A stretch of 64,000 nt of DNA, from the sequence record NC_041974.1; one strand, given 5' to 3'. Below, piece by piece: positions 46,275 through 55,920 of the stretch (positions within the stretch are counted from its first letter, which is position 1; each line of letters opens with the position of its first letter). Under the pieces are notes generated by a model, which saw only the letters and a program-made list of their open reading frames with translations, searched no databases and was not told the DNA's origin. The translations under genes were made by a program, and so were the position numbers.

Positions 46275-47795
46275 ATGGACAAGTTACCAAGTACCGCACT
46301 GCCAAAGGTGTCAATGGTTTTATACACCGATGGCGGTTGTCGTCAAAACATCGGAGGCTGGGGAATACATGGTTATTCCTGGCTGGTTGAAGACGATGAC
46401 AAAAAGAAAAAGAAAAAGCCGGCGCGTGACGTCCCGTCAACGACTGGCTACATTGTAAAAGACGATCCGAAACTCGACAGTCGTGAAGTGGTCAGGCCCC
46501 ACGAAGTGATTGAAGGGTTCGGTGGGATTTTACCTAACACCACAAATAACGTTGCGGAACTTACGGCAACTATTAATGGTATTGACTTAGCACTGCAGCA
46601 GAACACAGAAAAGCTCCTCGTCATCTCCGATTCCAAATATGTCGGCGACAATGCAAAGAACCAATTGCATCGTTGGATGAAAGCCGGCTGGAAGAAAGCG
46701 GATGGCGGGGATGTTGCCAACAAAGAGCTGTGGGAAACCCTCAGCAGCAAACTTGATGAGCTGAAATACCGCGGCATCTCGTTTGACATCGAATGGTTGA
46801 AAGGGCATGCGGGTCACCGTGGAAATCAGTTCGCTGACTACATGGCAACCCGTGGTGTCTTTAAAGGCCGTGTTGGTGACGCTACCCCGTATTATCAGAT
46901 CCAGGATGCTGGTGAGTACGATAAGTACAAAACCGAACGTCCGCGCTTTGTCACGCACTCGCGCTGGTACTTCACGTTACAGACTGAAAAGTTGATGAAC
47001 AAGAATGAACAGGGCTTGTACGAGTATTGCTTTGGCCACCCAAGTAAAGGGGACGCTGATCAGCAGTACTTAGGCAAAGCGTTAGCCGACACCGCCTTTA
47101 GCGTGGTGTGGTTGAAAGCACCTGAAGAGTGTTTGGATCTGGTTTATTCACGCACCAAAGAGATCGCTACCGACGTTTACGGTAACGCCTTCATTGGTCG
47201 CCTGGATAACATTTACAACTCATTCATTCACAAAGAGATCATGGACTACGGCGGGTCGTTATTGCAACGTGCGAATAAGTACAACAATGACATCACCAAC
47301 TGTACCGATGCTCAAGTGGTGCGTGAGTGTAACCCGCCAGGTATCTCTTACCGGGCACTGTCGAATTTAGGACAGCTTAGTAAGATCCTGAATGAATTTG
47401 TCAGCGACAGTTTACCTGCGACAACCAGGGTGGTAGAGATTACTGACAAAATCTACCAGACCGTGAAAGGTAAGAAAGAAGATAAGCTGGCATTGCTCGG
47501 TTCGATTCGTCAAACCGACAAAGCGCTCAAGTTCGATGTACCGTGTGATGTACTCGACAAAGCGATCTCCGTCGAAGTTACAGCCACGCTTGGATTGACC
47601 TTACCCAACCGTAATACGTTAAACGGTCTTACGGAACTCAATCCAAAGGTATACCTGTTCTTGACAAAAGAGTCCGACATTGCATTTCGCTACGGATCGA
47701 TTGTGGTATGCGATGAAGGGTATTGCATCATGGCCAACGTATACGCTGACCTGCGTACGCTGTCAAAAAAGGATCTGGAGCGTTGCGGGCAGTAA
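46275..47795 (+). CDS. rnhA: Ribonuclease H with long C-terminal extension (phiKZ-type)
   Basis: LYTDGGC, TNNVAELTA, VISDSKYV, VANKELW, WLKGHAGHRGNQFAD. Confidence 0.93.
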   Translation: MDKLPSTALPKVSMVLYTDGGCRQNIGGWGIHGYSWLVEDDDKKKKKKPARDVPSTTGYIVKDDPKLDSREVVRPHEVIEGFGGILPNTTNNVAELTATINGIDLALQQNTEKLLVISDSKYVGDNAKNQLHRWMKAGWKKADGGDVANKELWETLSSKLDELKYRGISFDIEWLKGHAGHRGNQFADYMATRGVFKGRVGDATPYYQIQDAGEYDKYKTERPRFVTHSRWYFTLQTEKLMNKNEQGLYEYCFGHPSKGDADQQYLGKALADTAFSVVWLKAPEECLDLVYSRTKEIATDVYGNAFIGRLDNIYNSFIHKEIMDYGGSLLQRANKYNNDITNCTDAQVVRECNPPGISYRALSNLGQLSKILNEFVSDSLPATTRVVEITDKIYQTVKGKKEDKLALLGSIRQTDKALKFDVPCDVLDKAISVEVTATLGLTLPNRNTLNGLTELNPKVYLFLTKESDIAFRYGSIVVCDEGYCIMANVYADLRTLSKKDLERCGQ

Positions 47796-47805
47796 AGGGT
47801 GACTT

Positions 47806-48162
47806 GTGACCACGTTATTCGCCGGTGCACCAACCAAGCTTCCGATGATGGACCTGTCTGCGATCATTGATCCAGATAAGGATATCGAGTCTCGGCTTAA
47901 ACGGAAACTGTTATTAACTTTCGTTTGTCATTGTCGTCGTCCTCGTGCGAGTGCAGATGAGCTTAACCGCACACATGCACTATGCGAGGACTCGGCAGAC
48001 GTTGAGCAGTGTCTTGATTACATCTCGCGCATGGGTCCTGAGTTCAGTGAAGCTTACGATGGTGTTGATCTTGAATGTGTGATGGATATCATCGGGCGTA
48101 CGCCTGAATGGCTCCGTTACGGATCTGCTATTGAAATGTGGACAGACCTCAAGCAGTTGTAG
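47806..48162 (+). CDS. Hypothetical protein
   Basis: AAGGGTG RBS; GTG start. Confidence 0.7.
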   Translation: MTTLFAGAPTKLPMMDLSAIIDPDKDIESRLKRKLLLTFVCHCRRPRASADELNRTHALCEDSADVEQCLDYISRMGPEFSEAYDGVDLECVMDIIGRTPEWLRYGSAIEMWTDLKQL

Positions 48163-48214
48163 GGCATAAGAGGAGGGCTCACGCCCTCCTCTACTTTATG
48201 CTGCTTTTTTTTTT
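48163..48214. terminator. Bidirectional terminator with TTATGCY on both strands
   Basis: GGCATAA-GAGGAGGGC-TCAC-GCCCTCCTCT-ACTTTATGCTGC-T10. Confidence 0.85.
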
Positions 48215-49010
48215 ATTTGACTTCTTTTGCCAACTTCACTGCAGTGTTGTTCAGTGCCGTTCCTGTTGAAATGAACAGGGTATGACAAACACTATAGAGA
48301 TCAGCCGCACGGGCCGTAGACAGCAGCGTCTTCGCCAGGTTGTCGATATCAGCCTTACTGAGTACCAGTTCGCCAGACTCAATCTGACTGAAGACCAGAT
48401 CAGACAGTTCCGCCACGCGTTTCACCGCCAGGTTGAAATTGTAGATCTGCCCACGCTTTAACATCGCCACGAGCTTATTAAAGTCCGTGTAGACGTTGGT
48501 GAATTCCGTCAGGTTTGGGAAGCGGGCGGCGAAGCTGATATCGGTGACATCCTTTCCACCCAGCGATTTACCTAACATTGCTTCCACTTTACCCAGGATA
48601 GCCTTGTCCACGTTCGGGGCGTACGCCACACTGGCATTACCCGCAGAGACACCCGCGAGCCAAGAGTGCAGCTTACTGATGTGGGTCGACTCCAGCATGG
48701 TGCAGAAAGCCCGGGCAGTGGCCAGGTTCTCAACCCATTCCTGATAGCTGACATTCAGACGCGCCGGTTGATAGATCGTGCGATCCATGAAGTCGGTGTA
48801 GTTGTGCGATGCCAGCGCTTTGGATAACGGGCTGAGGTCAGCGGTGATCAGATCCTGTGCAGTACCATACGCACGATCGCTGAAGAACTTCTTAATACCA
48901 TCAAAGAAGTTGCGGATGGGGGCAATAATGTTTAATGCTTCGAGGCCGGCACCGGTTGACTCACGCAGTTCCTGGTAGTCGGCTTCGAGGTTTTCAATGT
49001 TGTACGACAT
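48213..49010 (-). CDS. Putative internal head protein
   Basis: GGAG RBS; short acidic N-terminus ending STGAGLE, then amphipathic ALNIIAPIRNFFDGIKKFF. Confidence 0.6.
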   Translation of the reverse strand: MSYNIENLEADYQELRESTGAGLEALNIIAPIRNFFDGIKKFFSDRAYGTAQDLITADLSPLSKALASHNYTDFMDRTIYQPARLNVSYQEWVENLATARAFCTMLESTHISKLHSWLAGVSAGNASVAYAPNVDKAILGKVEAMLGKSLGGKDVTDISFAARFPNLTEFTNVYTDFNKLVAMLKRGQIYNFNLAVKRVAELSDLVFSQIESGELVLSKADIDNLAKTLLSTARAADLYSVCHTLFISTGTALNNTAVKLAKEVK

Positions 49011-49091
49011 ATGTACTCCGTGAGATAAAAGTAATCTGTTACATAAGATGACTTATTATGAAGGTATTATTAATTAAAAGGACCGCACACA

Positions 49092-50477
49092 ATGTTGTCA
49101 TTCGGTGAATTTGTTGAGAAGTCACGCCCTATTCGACCTTTCTTGAATATCGGCGCGGGCTTTGATATCCCAACCGGTAGCTATCGTTTCGGTAAGCACG
49201 GTGAATCTATTCTTAATGGTGGTCTGGCGCCATTCATTGCGATTGTTGGTAAAGGCAACACCTTTAAAACAGCGATCGGTTGTTTCATGATGACCCGCGT
49301 GCTGGAGCGCTACAATAACTCTAACGGCTTGCACTACGATACCGAGTGTACGTTCAGTGCTGATCGTCTTACCAGTCTTACCAGTCGTCTGGGTCCGAAT
49401 GCTGCTGCAGAGTGGCTGGCCAACGAACGTATCTACCTGACTGATGACTCCATCATTAAAGGTAACCAGTGGTTTAAGAAATCGGTGCAGGAATACTCCG
49501 AAGCGAAGAAGAAAGCCAAAATGGGCACGCTGCCGTTTGTGGATAAAGATGGGAACCTGATCCCGTATCCATACCCGACAGTCAACTTTGGCGATTCCAT
49601 GTCTGAGATGAAATTCGACGACCTGGAAAAGAACTACGCCAAGATGGAAATCGGCCAGGGTGAAATGCAAACGGAAGCCATGCGTGTGTCGAATGCCAAA
49701 CGCATGTTAATCGAAAAGACCCAGGGTTACGCCAACGCCGGCGGCATGTATGTCATCATGACAGCGCACTTAGGTAAAGAGCTGAACATGGATGGTAAAC
49801 CACAAGAGAAGAAAACCACCTTTATGAAACAAGGTGACAAAATCTCTAAGGTGCCTTCACAGATCCTCTCTCTGCCAAACAACGCCTGGGAGATCTCTAC
49901 CGGTACGGTGTTGATTGATAAGAACACCAAAGAGTGGATGTACCCGAAACAGGGTCGCAATGACGTGGATACCAACGGTAACCCGGACATGATCACTCTG
50001 GTGGCGAAGAACCTGCGCGGGAAGAATGGTCCGTCTGGTGTGCCGTGGGAATTCGTGATGTCACAGTCTGAAGGTCTGCTGCCGTCCCTGACTGAGTTCC
50101 ATTACATTAAGAACAACGGTCGTTATGGCCTGGGTGGCAATGACCGTAATTATTATGTTGAATTGTGCCCAGATATCAAGCTGCAGCGCACCACCGTGCG
50201 TGATCGCATCGACGACAACCCTGAGTTACGTCGGGCATTAGAGATCACCATGGAGATGTGTCAGATGCGTTTCCTGTGGCACACCCGCGATCCAAAGTAC
50301 AACATGACTCCTCAGGAACTGCGTGAAGGCCTGGAGAAGAAAGGGTACAAATGGGATCAGCTGCTCAACACCCGTGGGTTCTGGACGTTTGAAGAAGACA
50401 ACCATCCATTACCATTCTTAAGCACAATGGATCTACTCCGCATGTATCATGATGAGTATCGCCCATACTGGCTGTAA
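49092..50477 (+). CDS. uvsX: UvsX/RecA-like recombinase (phiKZ-type)
   Basis: LNIGAGFDIPTG; GKGNTFKT Walker A; HYDTE; NFGDSMSE; NLRGKNGPSG. Confidence 0.85.
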   Translation: MLSFGEFVEKSRPIRPFLNIGAGFDIPTGSYRFGKHGESILNGGLAPFIAIVGKGNTFKTAIGCFMMTRVLERYNNSNGLHYDTECTFSADRLTSLTSRLGPNAAAEWLANERIYLTDDSIIKGNQWFKKSVQEYSEAKKKAKMGTLPFVDKDGNLIPYPYPTVNFGDSMSEMKFDDLEKNYAKMEIGQGEMQTEAMRVSNAKRMLIEKTQGYANAGGMYVIMTAHLGKELNMDGKPQEKKTTFMKQGDKISKVPSQILSLPNNAWEISTGTVLIDKNTKEWMYPKQGRNDVDTNGNPDMITLVAKNLRGKNGPSGVPWEFVMSQSEGLLPSLTEFHYIKNNGRYGLGGNDRNYYVELCPDIKLQRTTVRDRIDDNPELRRALEITMEMCQMRFLWHTRDPKYNMTPQELREGLEKKGYKWDQLLNTRGFWTFEEDNHPLPFLSTMDLLRMYHDEYRPYWL

Positions 50478-50491
50478 GTGTACCCACTGTG

Positions 50492-50520
50492 GGAGAGGGT
50501 TATCCCTCTCCTTCTTATAC
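50492..50520 (+). terminator. Hairpin with variant TTATACC motif
   Basis: GGAGAGGG-TTAT-CCCTCTCC-TTCTTATACCG. Confidence 0.7.
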
Positions 50521-50557
50521 CGTCAGTAGAGGGAAATAAGCTAATAGGAAGCAGTAT

Positions 50558-50977
50558 ATGCTTAACAAAGAAATACGCATTGTCGTTGCGTCGACTAAAG
50601 GTTTCAACGACGCAGAGCGTTTAAAACTGACTATTGACGGCCTCCTGGAAGATATCTACTACCTCAACGAAGGGGTAGGTGATGAGGACGAGGAGTTGAT
50701 CACTGATGCCAAGATCGTTTTCATCACCAATGGCGAACACAAAACAGCGGCTGAGTTGCTGCCTGGTGTGTTGGGTGATCGGAACATCGACATCGAAGTG
50801 ATCAAGGTTGATTGGTCAAAAGGTAAGAAAGCGTTTTTTGATAACTGCGCTGTATTGGGTGCGAAGTCGACCCACGGCGTCATTTTTACGGACAGCAAAG
50901 ATGACGGGATGCAGACACTGCTGAAAGCATGTCTCGATGCCGGCTCACGCGTTCGTACTTATAGCTCTGCTATTTGA
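50558..50977 (+). CDS. Divergent SLOG (YspA-like) domain protein
   Basis: IVVASTKGFND..IVFITNG..IKVDWSKGKKAFFDN..VIFTD..GMQTLL pattern parallels the YspA SLOG motifs. Confidence 0.6.
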   Translation: MLNKEIRIVVASTKGFNDAERLKLTIDGLLEDIYYLNEGVGDEDEELITDAKIVFITNGEHKTAAELLPGVLGDRNIDIEVIKVDWSKGKKAFFDNCAVLGAKSTHGVIFTDSKDDGMQTLLKACLDAGSRVRTYSSAI

Positions 50978-50991
50978 GAAAGGTAACCCCC

Positions 50992-51438
50992 ATGATAACC
51001 TCAGAAGCTCACGTTAGTATACTTGACGTTAATGTCACCCACGTTATATGCACAGTTAATTGCGAAGGGCATATGGGTCGTGGCATAGCCTTGTATCTGC
51101 GTAAGTGTATTCCGGGGCTATATGAGCGGTATAAACACCTGTGCAGTTTAGGGATCATCACGGTAGACAAACTCTGGATCTACCCATCACACCCCCGTCA
51201 GATTCTCTGCTTTCCAACCAAAGATAAAACCTGGGAAGACAGCAAGCTTGAATGGATCGAAGCCAATCTCATAAAGCTTCGTGACAACTACAAAACAAAA
51301 GGCATTGTCTCTGTGGCGATGCCTCCTCTTGGATGTGGAAACGGTAACCTAAAGTGGGATGAGGTGCGGAGCCTCATTTATGCCATCTTGGGTGATTGTG
51401 ACCTTGAAGTCCACATCTGTTTAGGTAAACCGAAGTGA
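50992..51438 (+). CDS. Macrodomain protein, DarG/Poa1p-like
   Basis: TVNCEGHMGRGIA, CFPTK (DarG catalytic Lys position) and SVAMPPLGCGNGNLKW; AAAGG RBS before ATG 50992. Confidence 0.88.
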   Translation: MITSEAHVSILDVNVTHVICTVNCEGHMGRGIALYLRKCIPGLYERYKHLCSLGIITVDKLWIYPSHPRQILCFPTKDKTWEDSKLEWIEANLIKLRDNYKTKGIVSVAMPPLGCGNGNLKWDEVRSLIYAILGDCDLEVHICLGKPK

Positions 51439-51467
51439 GGGAAACACCCTGAATAGGAGCCAGTATT

Positions 51468-52349
51468 ATGTCTGATAACGCACGCGTTTTACCCGATCCA
51501 CGCGAAGATGGCAAGACGCACATCAACGTCTATAGCCGTGGCGCTTCCTGGCTAGGACAGCAACTTTCTAATATGTCCTACTACGACTTCGCACATCCAC
51601 GCTACGGCGTGTTCGCCTCGTTGGAGGGCTTCTGGTATTGGTTGTCTACGGGCAAGCAACACGAGGAGTTACGGAAGCTTGCCGGGGTCAAAGCGAAAAT
51701 GACCGGCCGGGAGTTCGAGACGATCCCAAATGAAAACTTTGAAGAAGAGTTCAAAGAAGCCATGCGTCTGCGTCTGGAGCAACACCCGATCATCGCCAAT
51801 GCCCTGGCTGAATCGTTACTGCCGTTAAAGCACTACTATTGTTACGGCGGGAAAGTGATCGACTTGTATGACCGCCACAAATGGCAAATGGACTTCTACG
51901 AGGAGTGGCGTAAAGCCAATGCCCCCGAAGACACCACCTTGGTATTGTTGATCTCTGGCTCACGTAAAGAGAAAGACTACGACGCCTTTAAGCACATCGT
52001 GATGACCTACCTGCAACCGTATATCGACAAGATAAAGGACACGTACAAAATCACCCTGCTTTCGGGGCTCGCCTGGGAAGGTCCCGATGACATGGCAATT
52101 CGTCTGTGTCGGGAAGAAGGCTTCATGTTGATTGGTCTGCCGGCGAAGTGGAAAGAGCAAGGCAAAGCCGCGGGCATGATCCGCAATGGTGCCATGGGGC
52201 GGTTGTGTAACAAGGCTTTGGTGTTCTGGGATGGTGAGTCACCGGGGACAAAAGGGATGATTGATTACCTGAAGAAAAATACTATAGACCATCTTGTGTA
52301 TTTACACGGTAAACATGAACCTGACTGGAAAGCCCCGGAGACATCATGA
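51468..52349 (+). CDS. NADAR (T4 gp30.3-like) domain fused to a SLOG/YspA domain
   Basis: N-half LSNM..F..G.FASLEGF, G..AK..GR, QH..ANAL..LKH; C-half LISGSRK, LSGLAWEGPD, PAKW..GKAAGMIRNG and FWDGESPGTKGMI. Confidence 0.78.
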   Translation: MSDNARVLPDPREDGKTHINVYSRGASWLGQQLSNMSYYDFAHPRYGVFASLEGFWYWLSTGKQHEELRKLAGVKAKMTGREFETIPNENFEEEFKEAMRLRLEQHPIIANALAESLLPLKHYYCYGGKVIDLYDRHKWQMDFYEEWRKANAPEDTTLVLLISGSRKEKDYDAFKHIVMTYLQPYIDKIKDTYKITLLSGLAWEGPDDMAIRLCREEGFMLIGLPAKWKEQGKAAGMIRNGAMGRLCNKALVFWDGESPGTKGMIDYLKKNTIDHLVYLHGKHEPDWKAPETS

Positions 52350-53020
52350 CCCCAGCACGCGAACAGACCCAGCAATTTGTGATCGAGGCTATTGCTGAGA
52401 TTCTACCCGGTTCTAAGAACCGGGATATCTATATCGACTTCTTCTCGCGGTTGAGCGATGAGGCGTTTGATGCCCTGATGCAGCGGATGGATGAAGACCA
52501 GGAGATCTTCCCCTTCTACCATCCGAACTTTACCGGTACGGTAATTGATGTTGAACGTGTGATCAAGTTAATTGAAAAGCACGGCGACACCATCATGGAG
52601 CAGCTCTGGGATATCGACCCGGAAACCGGACTGCAGTACCTGACCCCGTTGAAGTATCCGGTGCTGTTACTTCCGCTGCGTATTCAGCAGCAGAAGCTGC
52701 AGAAGAAGATGTCGATTCCAAAAGACAACAACCACATCGACGATCTGACTAACCAGCCCACCACCGAATCCAAAGGGGCTTCCTTGTCTTACCCGGAAGT
52801 GCAGATCATCTATGCCATGGGTGGCGACAAGATCCTGGAAGAGACCATGAAGGTTCGTGGTGGTGATGAGAAGGCGTTTCGTGATTACAATAACGAAATC
52901 ATTGCAAGCGGCGGTGTCACCATTGGTGCAATCAGCAGCAGCAAGACCAAGGTGAAGTCCACCAAAACCGTGCAAGTGATTCTTGAGGCCATGCACCTGA
53001 GCAACAACCTGGCCAGTTAA
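52346..53020 (+). CDS. Virion RNA polymerase beta subunit, C-terminal fragment (phiKZ gp149-like)
   Basis: KYPVLLLPLRIQQQKLQKK..IDDLTNQP..KGASLSYPEVQIIYAMG..EETMKVRGGD aligns with the RpoB C-terminal GQRFGEME..QEMLTVKSDD region. Confidence 0.85.
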   Translation: MTPAREQTQQFVIEAIAEILPGSKNRDIYIDFFSRLSDEAFDALMQRMDEDQEIFPFYHPNFTGTVIDVERVIKLIEKHGDTIMEQLWDIDPETGLQYLTPLKYPVLLLPLRIQQQKLQKKMSIPKDNNHIDDLTNQPTTESKGASLSYPEVQIIYAMGGDKILEETMKVRGGDEKAFRDYNNEIIASGGVTIGAISSSKTKVKSTKTVQVILEAMHLSNNLAS

Positions 53021-53029
53021 GGATGCAAC

Positions 53030-53590
53030 ATGAGTAGCTTGATAAACAACCTGACCGGTAAAAACAAAGTTGAGTTCAGCCCGATTGATCTTGACAGTGA
53101 AGTCGAGCGGGTTGTCTCTGAGTATGTCGGTACATACTTACGCAACCGTATCTTTCTGGCAGCACAATCGAAGATACCGGTGAATGAAGACCCAGGGTAT
53201 CTGCAGATTGTAAACTTCTTGGCTTTGGTGAACATGGAGTTCAACCATATGCGCATGTGGTCTACGTCCGACATGACCAATACCGTCTGGCCGCAGATCG
53301 TTGAAGATGAGTATGTGTTGCGCTTTGTGTTTAAAGGCACTACCCATGTCAGTGTGCGGTGCTTTGATGGCGATGTGCCCTTTCAGAAACTGGTCGACCA
53401 TGTGGCCGGTTCTCTAAGCTGTATGTCACACGGCGGAAATGAAATCATCGCAGCAGCGTTAACCCAGGTCCTGCCACGCAATGACGAACTGGTTGAGCTC
53501 TTTACCGGTAACCAGTGGTCGTTGTTCATTTATTACCTGACGCGCATTAACATCATTGAGATTGTGACCAATTCGGGAGGTAGTGTATAA
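53030..53590 (+). CDS. Hypothetical protein (core region)
   Basis: AAGGA RBS. Confidence 0.8.
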   Translation: MSSLINNLTGKNKVEFSPIDLDSEVERVVSEYVGTYLRNRIFLAAQSKIPVNEDPGYLQIVNFLALVNMEFNHMRMWSTSDMTNTVWPQIVEDEYVLRFVFKGTTHVSVRCFDGDVPFQKLVDHVAGSLSCMSHGGNEIIAAALTQVLPRNDELVELFTGNQWSLFIYYLTRINIIEIVTNSGGSV

Positions 53591-54318
53591 TGGTGGGCGG
53601 TGATCGTATTGGGTGTTACGTCCCCCTGGATGCTTTGTTGGATACCCGTATCGGGGTCATTGATCAAGTGGCCGGGGAAGTAGGATTGGAGTTGGTTAAG
53701 TCATGGTACCATACTCGCACGGCTGATCGCTTTGACCGAAAAGGCACACCGTTGACGCAGGCGGCATATCAGGCAGCCTGGGCCGCCCGCAGTGAAGAGA
53801 CCTTAAAGCGTACACGCATGACCTTTGTGCCGATGTACCTGATGAACCTGATCAGTCGCTTTAACACCTCACACGGCATGCCGATCATGGCCGCAACCTA
53901 CAACATCACGGTGAACACGTATCCGTATCGGTTATCCGATGAGCGCAAAGAGCAGCTGCAGAAGATCATCGAAACGTACACGTCAGGCATTGCTGAAATC
54001 ACCATTGACTATATCAGTCCAGCAGACCTGACTGTCGAGTACGTGAAGGCGAACTACTCCGTGTGCATCATGTATGAGTTTGATGAGTGGTTGATGTTGC
54101 ATAAAGACGAGTTCAGCCAGACCCAGATGCCCGGGACCGTAATCCTGGCACCTAAGTTGTATCTGGCGGATGTGGGGGAAGATGTGATTAAGCGGGCAGA
54201 GCAGACCGATGGCTTTGCAGGCCTGAGCCTGGCACTCTGTGCATTGGTGACAGTGGTGTTCCTGGATGTAAGGTTGTTCTCTTATGTCACAGACACACCA
54301 CCGAATCTGGATGAGTGA
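53590..54318 (+). CDS. Hypothetical protein (core region)
   Basis: GGAGG RBS; YVPLDALLDTRIG. Confidence 0.8.
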   Translation: MVGGDRIGCYVPLDALLDTRIGVIDQVAGEVGLELVKSWYHTRTADRFDRKGTPLTQAAYQAAWAARSEETLKRTRMTFVPMYLMNLISRFNTSHGMPIMAATYNITVNTYPYRLSDERKEQLQKIIETYTSGIAEITIDYISPADLTVEYVKANYSVCIMYEFDEWLMLHKDEFSQTQMPGTVILAPKLYLADVGEDVIKRAEQTDGFAGLSLALCALVTVVFLDVRLFSYVTDTPPNLDE

Positions 54319-54777
54319 TTACTTCTTTTCGCCGCCTGGGTTCATGATATCATCGTACTCGATGTGCTCACTGCCTTGACGGGTCTCACCTGCTTTAAAC
54401 TCCGGGACCGGTAACTGACTGGCATCCGGGGTTGGAGCAGGGACGGCGGCAATCGAGGTGTCTGCGCCTTCACCACGCAGGGCAAAACCACCGGCAGCCA
54501 ACACTTGCTTAACTGCACCGATGATAACAGCACCTTGCGCTTCGTCGTTCTCTTGGGCTTTCTGCTCAAGGTCAAGACGTTGACGGTTAATGATTGATTT
54601 GTCGATATCGCCCATCGCGGTCAGGGCGATCTTCAGCATCTTCGGGTCTTGTCGGGAGGCCTTGATGGGAGCACCGGACTCAGAGTCCTTCTCATCAAGG
54701 ATATCTTCGACAATCCCTAACCGTCGCATTTGCATACGACGCATCAAGGCCGCATCGTCTAATTCATAATCAGCCAT
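54319..54777 (-). CDS. Hypothetical protein (core region)
   Basis: GGAGG RBS before ATG 54777. Confidence 0.75.
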   Translation of the reverse strand: MADYELDDAALMRRMQMRRLGIVEDILDEKDSESGAPIKASRQDPKMLKIALTAMGDIDKSIINRQRLDLEQKAQENDEAQGAVIIGAVKQVLAAGGFALRGEGADTSIAAVPAPTPDASQLPVPEFKAGETRQGSEHIEYDDIMNPGGEKK

Positions 54778-54799
54778 GAGGCCTCCAGAATAATTCACA

Positions 54800-54818
54800 C
54801 CTACATTATCTAGGTGAT
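54800..54818 (+). promoter_or_regulatory. Putative phage early promoter (variant)
   Basis: CCTACATTAT-ctag-GTGAT. Confidence 0.6.
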
Positions 54819-54842
54819 CGTAGTGTATTAAAAGGAATCGTT

Positions 54843-55373
54843 ATGCGCTTTTTTAAAAAGCTTGCACTCAAACGATGCATGGCGATGTTGCGTGATGCGA
54901 AGCACGATACCTTCACCGCGCAAGAAAGCATGAACGTTCTACATGTGCTTGATACCGTGATTTCCACGGACGGCATCATAAAATATTTCGATGTTCGGGT
55001 TTCGCTCTCCATATTGATGGAAACACAACTCCCCAATGCGATGGCGATGCTGGACTTGATCACCGAAATAAACAAACACATTCAAAAGGATTTGGATGCC
55101 ACGTTACCGGATCACGGGACACTATTTGCTGAGTTTCGTGATCTGCGAGTCTTAAGCTTATATGACTGGTTATCTGATAGCGCGGGTCGAGTAGTAGATG
55201 CACCACACTTTTACCAACTGTTCATTGATCAGTTGAACCAATTAATTACCGTTATAGTGAACTGTGAAGACCAGGCAACCCAACAGTATTATCTGCGTAG
55301 ATTGCAACCGCTCTACAACGAATTACTGGGAACAGTGTATGCGGCGTTACACTGCGGAATGCTGAGTCTCTAA
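54843..55373 (+). CDS. Hypothetical protein
   Basis: AAGGA RBS. Confidence 0.8.
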   Translation: MRFFKKLALKRCMAMLRDAKHDTFTAQESMNVLHVLDTVISTDGIIKYFDVRVSLSILMETQLPNAMAMLDLITEINKHIQKDLDATLPDHGTLFAEFRDLRVLSLYDWLSDSAGRVVDAPHFYQLFIDQLNQLITVIVNCEDQATQQYYLRRLQPLYNELLGTVYAALHCGMLSL

Positions 55374-55384
55374 GGAGTTATCAG

Positions 55385-55849
55385 GTGTCTGACAAGAAAA
55401 AACCAAGGGATCAATTGACGGAGATGTTAACCGATCCGACAAAGCGGTCACGGCAGACCGCGCATCCGTTGGTGAGGCTCTGGCGACAATTCATGGCACG
55501 GGAGCTCATCACTCCTTCCAAATGGGGTGCCTTGATTGCCGAGCACATCACTCGATTGCGACAATACAAAGAAATGGATGTCCAGGCTGTTGGTACCGAA
55601 CGGGGTAATTTAAAGAAAGCGTTTATTGAAAAGAACACCATGTCTTTTTCGGCGTTTCAACGTGGCTTACGTTTCCTGGGTTTTGCCAAGGTCACGATCA
55701 TCGTCATTGCAGAGCGACCTAATGGTGAGAAGGTTGAAGAGCGTGTCGAGATTGAATTAATTAAGCGTATGTTTACAGCAGGAACACCGCCAGCCACACC
55801 GCCAACAGAGAAAGATAAACCCGATTCTGATAAACCGCCTGAGAAGTAA
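55385..55849 (+). CDS. Hypothetical protein, possibly HTH-like
   Basis: AAGGAG RBS; GTG start; MSFSAFQRGLRFLG. Confidence 0.75.
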   Translation: MSDKKKPRDQLTEMLTDPTKRSRQTAHPLVRLWRQFMARELITPSKWGALIAEHITRLRQYKEMDVQAVGTERGNLKKAFIEKNTMSFSAFQRGLRFLGFAKVTIIVIAERPNGEKVEERVEIELIKRMFTAGTPPATPPTEKDKPDSDKPPEK

Positions 55850-55865
55850 AGACGATACTATAGAA

Positions 55866-55906
55866 GATGGGACTTCGGTCCCATCGCTATTCCCTTCTTT
55901 TTTTTT
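55866..55906 (+). terminator. Hairpin with displaced T tract
   Basis: GATGGGAC-TTCG-GTCCCATC then T9 about 12 nt later. Confidence 0.65.
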
Positions 55907-55920
55907 GTTGAGGTTTGATC

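Noticed and set aside
46275-47795. RNase H C-terminal extension as a novel fusion
   Set aside because: As far as I recall, long RNase H proteins are usual in phiKZ-like phages; no new domain was recognised.
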